A stretch of 64,000 nucleotides of DNA from Orbicella franksi (taxonomy: Eukaryota). Both the position numbers and the translations under genes were made by a program. Below, in pieces: positions 1-10,478 of the stretch (within the stretch, counting starts at the first letter, position 1; every line of letters starts with the position of its first letter). Where the stretch lies: contig OZ116708.1 of NCBI GenBank assembly GCA_964199315.1, positions 20,274,001 to 20,338,000 on the forward strand, given 5' to 3'. The notes beneath the pieces are model-generated. The model had not been told where the DNA came from, did no database searches, and worked only from the letters and a program-made list of their open reading frames with translations.

Positions 1-271
1 AAAAGAGCGAACAAGGTCTTTTCCTTAGCTCGCAAAAGTAGACCAACTGCTCAATGCAGCTGTAATAAAGACGAAAACAAACTTTTTGAGAACAATTTTT
101 TTAGACTCTGGAAGCTTCTGTGATTAAAACACATAATTCAATTTTTTTTTTTTCATCTGTATCAAAAATTTAGTTTATTAATACTAGGGGCTTGAAGGAA
201 TTCTTTCAATTTTCTTGTATTTTCGTCTTTAGTGCCTATTCGTCATAACTTGGATCGAAGATATCGACTAC

Positions 272-724
272 ATGCGTCCTTGGCTGATGAATAATCTGCG
301 AGCAGTGGCGCAAGGAGTGAATACTTTAAAGAATTGCCGAGCAGTGCGCATGCTCAGACAAATCAAGGAATCAATCGTAAACCGTCCAGTCTTCTCGCTC
401 TTCCTGGCTATCCTAGTTAGCCTTGTTTTTCTGCCACTCCTCTTGTTCCTCGTCTTTGTATCAAGCTCATTCGTGATAGTGTCAGTAAGTGCGCTAACAG
501 TCCTTGGGGAAACATTTGTGGTGCCTTTGTCGTCATTCCTCGTGGTTCTTTCCCCAGCACTGGTGTTTGGAGGCGTAAAGGCAGTACTTGTTTACCTTAT
601 ATTCTCTTTCATCGTGAAGATGCTGCAAATCATTAAGAGATTGAAGTACAAGTACTTTGCTGCTTCCCGGCGTTTAAGACATCTTCGTCGTTCTTTGTCG
701 GAGAGAATCAGTAACATTTGTTGA
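272..724 (+). CDS. Promethin/LDAF1 (TMEM159)-like lipid-droplet membrane protein, 150 aa, single exon
   Basis: Long continuous hydrophobic tract after RPVFSLFLAILVSLVFLPLLLFL, matching the promethin pattern (H/R)P-x15-P-x3-FL, followed by a basic C-terminal region. Recognised by motif spacing only. Confidence 0.6.
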   Translation: MRPWLMNNLRAVAQGVNTLKNCRAVRMLRQIKESIVNRPVFSLFLAILVSLVFLPLLLFLVFVSSSFVIVSVSALTVLGETFVVPLSSFLVVLSPALVFGGVKAVLVYLIFSFIVKMLQIIKRLKYKYFAASRRLRHLRRSLSERISNIC

Positions 725-1272
725 CTCACAAGTCGGCCCGGCACGCTGTCAGGCAGAATGCGAACATCTCTTATCCCGGGTCTTAATGAAGAACCGTTCA
801 GGGAGGAGGAGTCCCTGAGCGGTCAATTCCCGTATCTCAGTTATTAGTATCATAAAATTCCGAGACACAAAAGTCCTTCCGATGTAAAGCATAGTAACTC
901 ACGTGGAGTAATAACCCCTTCAACACCACCGCTCCCCTCCCCTGAACAAATAAAATTAAAACAAAAAGCAAAATTAGACAAAAAACACAAAACAAAAAAA
1001 CTACGGACAAGCTTTATTCTATAACACCGCAGGGCTTGTTTTTTGGAATTTTATGATATTTTCTCTTGATTGTGAAGTTCCAAAATGTAAAGGTTATTTG
1101 TATACACAGCGCATTAAACCTCACCCTTGTATGTTTAGTCCTGCGTTTTTTTTTTTTTTTTTTTTTTTTTGTTGTTGTTGTTGTTCCTTTGTTTATTTGT
1201 TCGTTTTTTTTTTATTTGACGACCATAGAACTTACTATGTTTTTACCCTTCGGTTTTTCATGTCGTCTTTAA

Positions 1273-1416
1273 GCAGTGTCCACACTACGCCGGAGAAATG
1301 TGAAAACGCAGCTTTATTTCTACGGTTAGGCCTACTGTCTACACTAATCCGTCACGAAAACAGGGCTTTTCGAAAACGTTCTTCAAACCGGAAGAATTTG
1401 AGAACGTCGGCTTTTC
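1273..1416 (+). mobile_element. 5' fragment of a PIF/Harbinger-type non-autonomous element
   Basis: gtccacactacgccggagaaatgtgaaaacgcagc...ttttcgaaaacg with repeated GAAAACG submotifs resembles a common anthozoan MITE. No right TIR is present. Confidence 0.4.
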
Positions 1417-2390
1417 GTTCGTAACGTTCGTAACGAGATTCACAAGTCTCGCAGGATGTTAGCCTGCGAACAGGCTCCCGGTGAGCCCGAACGAAGCCCC
1501 GATCGCTTAACTTTGCTAGCTCTCCGAATTCTTCTGTTTCGTGCTCGCCGAAATTTTTTTCCGTCCTCGCCGGGAGCCTGTTCGCAGGTTAGCAGGATGT
1601 CATCGAATATCTGCCGACTATTGACGCACCCGCTACAGACATGGCTACCATTCACAACGTTCTAGTGCAGTCGATCAAGATCAAGAATATGTTCAAGTTG
1701 AAGAGTATCGTTCTCGTCTTTGAGCAAGGACTCTATGCAAAGGTAACTGAATCCCAGTGGAAACAAAGTGAGAGATTCAAAAATATCGTGCTTGGGATAG
1801 GAGTATTCCACACAGCCTGCATCCTGTTGTCCATTATTGACAAGCGCTTCCAGGATGCCCGCTTGAGAGACCTATGCGTCGAATCTTGTGTGATAGCAGA
1901 AGTTTCTGAGGCCGGGTTAGACTCCATAAGATCATGTATGAAGCCCTCATGAGACTGGCGTAGCAAGGATTCGGGGCCTGGATAGAGGAGAATCACAAGG
2001 AATCCAAGAGTACTATTGATAGCTTCTTCAGTGAGATTGGCGATTTCTATGATGATATCTACGAAAGGCATTTCCGGAAGCTTATGACCAGTTCTTGTAG
2101 TGTCGATTTCGTCAAGCGTTTTGACAAGTACATGGAGTTCCTCTGGCATGAGAATGGCAAGCTATCCGAGTTCTGGTTATCTTACCTGGATATGGTAAAG
2201 ATTCTCTCAAGACTTCTAAGAACATTGAAGGAAGGCAACTGGGAACTAAATGTTTCAACAATAAGGAACATGATCGATCCCATGGTGCTTTGCATACCGC
2301 AATATAAATTATGCAAGATATTTATCCTCCTATCTTTCAGAAATGTGTCGCCTTGGAGAAGAGCATCAAGATGTTCTGTTCTTGTGCAAG
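1417..2390 (+). pseudogene. Academ-superfamily (AcademX-like) transposase relic, frameshifted and interrupted by a MITE
   Basis: Joined frames read VSQDVIEYLPTIDAPATDMATIHNVL...VFEQGLYAK...GVFHTAC...KRFQDARLRDLCVES...HKIMYEALMRLA...SEFWLSYLDMV...EGNWEL...NINYARYLSSYLSEM, the motif series of this transposase family. Contains stops and frameshifts. Confidence 0.7.
1460..1591. mobile_element. 132-bp MITE with about 27-bp TIRs and a 9-bp TSD (AcademH-like non-autonomous element)
   Basis: Starts TAGCCTGCGAACAGGCTCCCGG and ends CCGGGAGCCTGTTCGCAGGTTA. Direct repeat GCAGGATGT lies at 1451-1459 and 1592-1600. Confidence 0.85.
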
Positions 2391-2984
2391 ATCATGTAAG
2401 TTACCCAGGAAGATGAGGAGGAGGAGGATAAGAAAGATTAAGGCATTTTAAATGTCAGTAAAAAGAATCCGTAAAGCTAGAAGAACATTGTTGAGTAAAT
2501 TATGAAATCATTACTCCACCTCGTGAATTATCTTTTCAAGGCAATATTTTCAAACTATATCTATACATTTTTGTGCTTCTCCAGCTTAAGAAAGCTTTTT
2601 CAACTAATTGTACTGTTTAACTACATAATAAGGTACAATACCTTCAATTTTTAAACACTTTTGCCACATTTTGCTTTAGTATAAAGGTGTTTTTAACGTG
2701 GAAGAAGGCAGATCCAAGATGGCGGATCCAAGATCAGCTGTCTTGGCCACAATCACTTATGTATGTCCTGCTTCCTTTTAAAGAAAATTCTGCGAGATCA
2801 ACGCATTCAAAAAATACTTAAGAGTTATATTTTAAAATTTAACTATTTGTCAAGCGTTGCAATGGAGACAAAATCCTTTTAAAATCTCGTGTAAGTTTTA
2901 ACTAAGTGGTTTAAAAAGTGATCTGATAGAAACATTCATCATTGTCACTTAAAAAATACCCTTAACGTATGTATAATAAGTTTT

Positions 2985-3510
2985 CGGCGAAGCCAATGGA
3001 AGAAATGAGCTAGGAAGACCTTAATTAATGTGTACCTCAATAATTGTCACACGTCCGCGAGGAAAAAGGAAGGAAGTTTCTACAAAAGCATTTCAATCAC
3101 GTTGACACGGTGATTGACCGCTTTCTCCGGTCGCACCGCACATTAATACACCTTTTCAATAATCGCTGACCCTGCTTTTACTGGGGATCATAATATAAAG
3201 TATTAGAGCATTTGTAAAAGACCTGAGGAACACGGGCAACATTGCCATAGTCCATAAGAGACCGATTTCTACTGAGCAAATAAAGAAACTGTTCGACATC
3301 GGCGTGCTCGGGCCGGCCGAGAGGAAAAATCCGGTCTCCTTTTTGGAAGACGACGACGAGAGAATCAACGCCAGCTAAAGCGCTGGCCCTTGTGAAAAAC
3401 TCCTCAAGGTGTTGAGTATTTTGGGTTGAACCGAAGTCAGCTCGGTTCTTTACCAGCCATGAAAAACCATCAGGGTGGCCTCACAGGTTCTGAAGTTGAA
3501 GCCAAGTATA
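2985..3510 (+). pseudogene. Crypton-type tyrosine recombinase (DUF3504-like) relic, unit A copy
   Basis: Broken frames give TSARKKEGSFYKS...IDRFLRS...IIADPAF...FGRRRRENQRQLK...KTPQGVEYF.LNRSQLGSLPAMKNHQGGL. The RxRE and KNHQGG motifs are typical of this family. Confidence 0.7.
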
Positions 3511-4103
3511 CAAGCGTACATACAGAATTTAATAATGAAATTTAATGAAAAAATTATTCCATTCGAGCTTGTTCGATATATGATTGGTTATAGCCAACTC
3601 ATATCCAATGAATGATTGTCAATTATTTGTGATAAAGGGAAAAATAAAGTCCAAGTCGCTGCAACTGAAAGGAACAAATGAGTGTTTTTATAATATCCAC
3701 CATCATTAACAAAGTTCAAAAAATTTCTCGCGTTTACAATTTATATCATTTTAACACATTCACAGAATACATTCAGGTTTACGCTTACAATGAAAATTGT
3801 TCTAAAATTTTGACTTGCATCGATATCTCTTTCACTTCTCTCTCGATCCTAGGACATGTTCCATACAATAGGTACCATACTAAATGTACTGCTCTAATGT
3901 GAATTCTATAATTCTTTCCGCCATAGATCGGACATGATCTTATGGCCGACTGACTGAAACTTTCGATTCCAAAATGTTTAGAAAAACAGGCTACATAACA
4001 AATGTCTTTACAGAAATGTTCATATATTTGTAGCGGCTCAGTGTTCACACTGTAATGTCATAATATTAATAACTTGTCCATAGTCAAATGTCTCATTCCC
4101 TTA

Positions 4104-5153
4104 TCACACATCATCTCGGCTCGTCCTAATATTTTGTACTTGTTCAACATTAGCTATGACTCCAATCTGCCTTGGTCCAAACATTTTCCTTTCAACTTCC
4201 TCAGCTTGTGCAACGGTTTTTCTCGACAGCAACTGAATGAAGGCTACGCGAAAATATCTTATTCTAACAGAGTAAATTAACGGATTAAATAACGAATTCA
4301 GTACTGGTATCAAAGGAATAAGATAAATAGCAGTTTCTCCTCCATTTGCTGGGTTCCTGTTGGTAGTGGAAGCCAAAATAGCGAAAAAGATATTTATTGG
4401 AATATAGCAAAGAAAAGAAGCCAGTAGAACAACAGTTGTCGTGTAGAAAGCTTTCTTGCTTTTCAGTAACTCCTTCTTCGCTTCTAAGGAAATTTGGTTA
4501 GCAGCAATTTGTTTCTCGTTGCGGCGGACCTCCTTGTATACAACACAATTAAAATAAATCATTGCGGGAAAATAGAGAAAAACTGGCCCGACTATGAACA
4601 CTACAAAGTTACTTGAAAAATCTGTGTTAGTTTTGAAGACGTCTTGCATGGGAAGCAATAGGGCTATAACCCACGCCAGACCAGAAGCTATGATGATACG
4701 AACTTCAGTCACCTGGTTCTCCTACGTGAAGGGGTGTCTAACCGCGACATAACGCTCTGCACTCAACAAAATTAAATGACAAACTGATGCCGTCAGAAAT
4801 TTGCCAGTGAGAGTCACTGATAGTTTGTCTAGGTTGCAGAATATGTTTCCTTGACCACTGAGAAGATAACTTCCGTGTATGATATGAAAAGGCTGAACAA
4901 GTAGTCCCACCACGAGGTCAGTTGTGGCTAAACAGGCGAGTGCTATGTTAGATTTGGTGCGAAGCTGTCGTTTGGCTTTCACTGCAACCATCACCAGGAT
5001 GTTGAGCAAAATTATGAAAGGACAGGTGAAAGAGTTCACGACCATTCTGGCGATGAATACAGCGCGAACATCAGAGGAAATATATTCGGCATTTATAGGA
5101 AGAAATGCGAGACCACAACTAATTATTGTGCGGTTAATAGTGGTGAAATTCAT
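4104..5153 (-). pseudogene. Class A GPCR family 1, copy A, with one in-frame nonsense codon (Tyr144 to TAG)
   Basis: ORFs 4722-5153 and 4104-4712 are in the same frame. TAG at 4722-4724 corresponds to TAT in copies B and C. 7TM motifs present: LNxLV, LAxTD, SAERY, NSLFNPLIY. Confidence 0.85.
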
Positions 5154-6512
5154 CTTCCTTCGACTGACTGAGTGTGTAATAATTTCCTTGCTTCGTGTTT
5201 TCAGATCGCTTACCTTTCTTACTTTCCCTCTTAAATGAGTTCAGTCTGATTACAGGTGATGTTAATTCGGGATAATACTAAATTACGTACTTTAATACAA
5301 AATCACTTTATTACAATTCAACTAAAATTGTCATTACATTAGCATGCTATTCTTATCTAAAATGCCAGGTACGTCCTAATTTTAAATGCACATAGCCGGG
5401 TTATAAGATTTTGAGAGGTTAGGATTTTAAGGTGTTCAGTAAAGATAACTTTGAATTCCAAAGAAAATGTGAAATAATGTTTTCAAAAACACCAAGTATC
5501 ATTATAAGAGGACTTGAGACCGGTAAGTGCTCTACTGTCGGGAATCCAGTAATTTACCGTAATTGACTATTCTATTATTAGCTTCCGTTTTTTTTTTTTT
5601 TTTTTTCGTTGCAAAATTGGCAAATAATGTTCTCAATTGTTAATTTTGCTAATGGTCATAAGACATGTTTCAAGTTTTGTTTCTTCCCAACCAACTTAGC
5701 GGTTTCGAAAAAAAAAAACTTTTTTTTTTTTTATATATGGAAAAATATACATATTATTTGAACTTTAATTGTCTTGGCGTTAGCCATTTTCTACCTTTTG
5801 TTCTTGTACTGAGTACCGCAGTGTCGGTCTCTAGCAATCTGTTGCAATTGTGCCGGATCCTTGTTTTATTTATTTTGATGGCCTGTTTCTTTTTAAGAGT
5901 TAGTAAATATCCATTTCTCTTAATGTCTCTCTTGGGGCCGTAGGATGAAATAGCAACGTCAAAAACGAAAAAAAAAAAAGAAAAACTAAACGAATCGTAA
6001 TTACCAATAATAAAATTAATATATACCCTTTCGTAATCGAGCAAGCTTTTCGTGGCACATTAGAACTCACCGAGAACGAACCCTTTGTGTTTCGTTGGAA
6101 AGCAGAGTTTCCTTGACGGAGCTGCTGAACAGAATGTCTTTATAATTAATTCCTAACAGGACTTTGATATAGCTTTTTAATTTAGCGATGTCTAAACAGA
6201 ATTAATTTAAAAAAAACCTCTTCGATCGGCCATCTGCTACTTCATCAATTGATTTAAAGGTATGCATACTGAAGAATCTTACTCTTAATTTGATAAGCAA
6301 TGGGTAGCCAGTGAAGTTCCTAGAGAGCTGGCATTATGTGTGAGTTACTTGGGTATGTTCATATCAAGTCTAATAGCTGCATTTTGGACACGCTGTAGAT
6401 CAGAACTTTGCAAATTGGGAAGTCCATACATTAAGCTAACATTAGCTGAGTCGGGAAGTAATAAAGGTTTGGACAACTGTACGCAGACTATCCTCAGACA
6501 GATATTTCTTAA

Positions 6513-9500
6513 AGTGCACATGAAAATATTTTACTACTTTCCCTGAATATAGGTTTATTAAGAATTATTTTGACGGGAAAGCGACTAAAGATCTCTCATT
6601 TCACGATAAAATTGTAGTCAAGGTCCAGGGATCTTTTCAAAGATTGTGATCTCATTCGCGTGTACGCTTTTTGAAGTTATTTTTACAATACCTGGAGAAT
6701 CTTCGACGGAACATGGCTGTAAGCGGCGAGGACTTTACCTCAAGTACATTCAAAGACGATCTAGACTTGGTATTGAGGAAGATGTAGGAAAAGAAATGGG
6801 CAAGATAGCTCTTTACGAAGGCCAGACTGTGGCGAGTTCCGATGACAATGACGGACGCCTCGATGAAGACGAAGTCGACGAAGATGGACTTAATACGGCT
6901 AAGTTAGAGCAACGATTTGATAAGACCATGCGTGTCAGTTCTTGCTATATGATAAGGTTTCTTATTTCATCACTGGGCTTAATAAGACGATTTACAGTCA
7001 GCTGGGTGCGAAAGTTCAGAACGATCTTAAACCATGCCACGAATTATATATTTGAGCTATTTCAATCTCCATTTATTACTCAAAAGATAGGACTTCAGAG
7101 AATGAGTGAGTAATTCTTCAAGCTTTATATGCTCTCAATTTGGCCACTCCCACCACCCCAGAAACAAAAAAACAAAAACAAAAAAAATCAGAGAATATTA
7201 CCAGAGCGGAAGTAACACATAATATTACCAAGAAATAAGCTCAAATCATTTCCTACCTTCTTATGTATTTTTCAAATTTTAATGCAGATTTCTCAGAGCT
7301 AAAGCCCACAGGTGGATTATACGCTGGATGCTACTTGGACTGGGAATGAGATAGGAGTAGGCCGTTACAAAAGGGCCAACAATTTAACCGTTACCCGTAA
7401 AAATGTTTAAAATTTAATCATTAGCTGTAGAAGCCACTACCCCATTGAGACCCTGAGATATGCCACACATGCCTCAACTGGGTGTATACCACCAGAGGAA
7501 AGGAAGAAGACGAACCAACCTTTTCAGGCACACTCAACTGATCCTGAATTTTTTTTATTTGGAAAATGCAACGGTCGTGATTTGTAATAAAATGCAACCT
7601 GTTCAGACATAATGTGAGTTACAGATCCGTAATTCGGGATTAATACAATCAAAATTGGAAAATGAGTTTTTAATGTGAGACAAAATGGTACTCCCAGATG
7701 CTCACTAAGGCATGATGGGTTTAGAAAAAGTAGCTATAGGCAATGGTACTAAATTAGCAAATTTGCAGTTGTTTGTTTCGGAAACATTGCTTTGATTAGA
7801 AGTTGACTTTGTTTTGATAAAAATTTAGCCGCCTTTGATTTGTGAATCAGACCCACTTGCCATGATAATATTATTTACAAATACATATGGAAGGTATGAA
7901 AAGTGTTAACCATGTCAAAGTCAACAATGATCTATGACCATGTCACTAACACGCAACCTAGCCTTTAGAACAGTCTTTTATTATGTACGACAGCAATGTG
8001 CAACTAAGTTATAATAACACAGTCTGAGCCTGATGTTTTGAAAGAATTCCATGTATTCAAAGGTAAACAAAGCGTCAATTTTCATAATTGTTTCACAAAA
8101 CATGGTGTAGGCGACATACTTTTTGTTGTGCCCCATAGAGTCAAATCCGCCGTCACCACTCCAAACGGAATCTTTTGTTGACTTCAGCTGGCTGATGAGA
8201 GCTCCTCTACAAGTCTCGACAATGATGAAGAATGGCCGGGAATGATAACTTCTTCTGGTATACAAAATATGCGCAGATGGTATGCACAGAGAGCCCCATA
8301 TGGTGGAAGAACAAAAGGATTTTGCTTAAAGACGCTCCAGCGAGCAAACTTAGGAGAGCATTACCAGCAGGATACCTCCCAAACACTGGACGATAGGGCT
8401 GACTCCTCTTGGTGTAAGGATTTCCCCAACAGTGGCTGCAGTATTGAAGCACAGTAACAATTGTGCCAGTCTGTTTCATCACAGCCTTGGGCTTTCCAGT
8501 CTTGCACTGAAAACAAAATATTAGGAACAGACTCTGAAGCATGCTGAAGAACACCAGGAACTTTGGTTCATTTTCTACAGTAGTATTCTCCTATACCCTT
8601 TACGCACAACGAGATATTGAGCTTTTCAATTTACAAAGATAACTTCTTAGCAATTAAATATATTAATTCTGTATTTTAGATAATTTCGCTCATTATTTAG
8701 CTATCGAGTCTTTACCTTTTTATTTGATTTAAGATATTTAGCCACTGGCTGGATAAAGTTAATTTAGGATGCATATTTAATGCAAATACACTTAACTCTG
8801 TAAGACAATAAGGAGCTTGATTTATTTGTCCAAAAATTAATTTCTTCCAATGTAGTCAATTTCTATCACAAACCTCCAAAGCTTTACTTATTTTACAAAA
8901 TGTCCAGAGTGATCCCAGAAATTATTGTTTATGTGGGGATAATTAACTAGTGTAGATTATTATCCCTACCTCAGGTTTCTGTCTTCTTCGTCACCATCTC
9001 TGCTGCTGGTGGAATCTCCGATAAGCTCCTGCACTACACCATCACGTGTTGGCTCTCGCTCAAAATTTTCGGATATTTCTTTTTCGAGGTCTGCTGCACT
9101 TTCTGGTGACTCAGCAACAGCCGGTAAAGGTAAATTAGCCGAAAAACATAGCGTAGAACTATCCATTGAGTCGGCTAGATCTGGGCTCCGTGTGAAACAC
9201 TCCAGACCGAAATGGACTATGTTCTATCTCAGCAATATTAAACGTAAGTTTCCACAATTCTTCTAGCTCTTTCCTTTAGTAATCCGTCCTTCTACTCCCA
9301 TGTTTTGTATGTTCACTCAAACGAGATGGAGGCTAACTCGATAATCTCGCGGGTCTATTAGCCTCCATGCATAACTGACTATATACCATTGTGACTTTTA
9401 ATTGTTATAAATGTATCTTTCTTTCTTTTTTATGCTAATGTTGTAATTCTAAATGTAAGTGCAAAATAAAGTGAAGTTGAAGTTGAGAAGTCTTCGTGGG

Positions 9501-9790
9501 CTTAAAATCAGGGCGATGTTTGTGGACGAATTTAGCCAGTGTATTTTTACGGCCTCGTCTTAGCTTTAGAGAACAGATGCATTGATCTACCTGGAGTAGC
9601 ATTAGTGTCAGTGCAAATCACTTTCTCGGGCCCTCCAGTCACACAAAACTTGTTCGGAACACATTCTTTCTTTCCCTTTTCCGCCACGTTTCCTTGCACA
9701 CGAATGAGGTAGCAAGGGATTTTTGGCAGCGCGAAAGATGTCGCAAATTTCGCGCCATGGACTGAATTTTCAAACGGCTGAAAATAGTTC
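6513..9790 (-). mobile_element. Decayed autonomous Kolobok-type DNA transposon (THAP plus transposase on minus strand, accessory ORF relic on plus strand)
   Basis: Left end TTAA|AGTGCAC. Minus-strand relics: THAP-like CVTGGP...SMHLF...KFVHKHRPDF (9500-9690) and VHF..ECF (about 9190); FCFQCK...SQP..FGRYPAGN.LLS (8207-8554); WSGDGGFDSMGHNKKY (about 8150). A plus-strand acidic ORF relic lies at 6711-6920. A short LINE tail (aataaagtgaagttgaagttga, about 9465-9486) interrupts it. Right TIR not found. Confidence 0.65.
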
Positions 9791-9879
9791 ATGGTCTTCA
9801 CGCAGAAAAGGAAAACGATAAAAATGACATAAGAGGGATATAAACTACATTATTAGGTTTGGCTTTTATTAATGAGATG

Positions 9880-10169
9880 TAAGCTTTACCATAATTGTTT
9901 GTTAATTAACGTAAAGAGCTTGTGTAACGAAATCCACACAGACATCGGTGCTAGCAAGGTAACCTAGTAACAGTTTTGATTGTGGATAAAGAGAGATGAC
10001 ACTTTTGGAAGAACAATGATGATCATGAACATTTCCCAGAAACGCGGTGATGGAAAGAAGAATATTAATTGCTGAAAAAAATGATCTTTGGCTTTGGCTC
10101 AGTAAGAGCGGTCAAGCAATAAAACTCTTCAGTTGTAGTTTGGTTTTTAATTTCAGTTAAGTTCTGCAT
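9880..10169 (-). pseudogene. Class A GPCR family 2, 5' fragment (N-terminus to TM2), unit A
   Basis: MQNLTEIKNQTTTEEFYC...(frameshift) SAINILLSITAFLGNV...KVSSL..SKLLLGYLASTDVCV, then stops and truncation. Confidence 0.8.
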
Positions 10170-10306
10170 TTTTTTCTCGACGATGATTGTTACTACTGTC
10201 TTCTTTCTAGACAAACAAGATCAATTGTGAACTAAGATTGTTCCCGCCTGGTCCAGTAATGATTGAAAACCTCCAGAGTCATAAACGTAAGAAATCAATT
10301 TTAAGC

Positions 10307-10478
10307 NNNNNNNNNNNNNNNNNNNNNNNNNNNNNNNNNNNNNNNNNNNNNNNNNNNNNNNNNNNNNNNNNNNNNNNNNNNNNNNNNNNNNNNNNNNNNN
10401 NNNNNNNNNNNNNNNNNNNNNNNNNNNNNNNNNNNNNNNNNNNNNNNNNNNNNNNNNNNNNNNNNNNNNNNNNNNNNN
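10307..10478. other. Run of 172 N (gap or hard-masked sequence)
   Basis: Seen directly. Flanks are identical to those of the N-run at 25640-25823. Confidence 0.99.

Noticed and set aside
786-823. SECIS element making the 722 TGA a selenocysteine (Cys-Sec)
   Set aside because: ATGA precedes a hairpin, but there is no apical AA and no matching 3' GA quartet. It also lies inside the would-be coding extension.
1053-1424. 123-aa ORF
   Set aside because: Translation of poly-T, (GTT)n and a MITE; low complexity.
4924-5238. Plus-strand ORF MAKQASAMLDL repeated three times (also 23951 and 38132)
   Set aside because: Antisense shadow of the GPCR coding sequence. Its recurrence is explained by the duplication.
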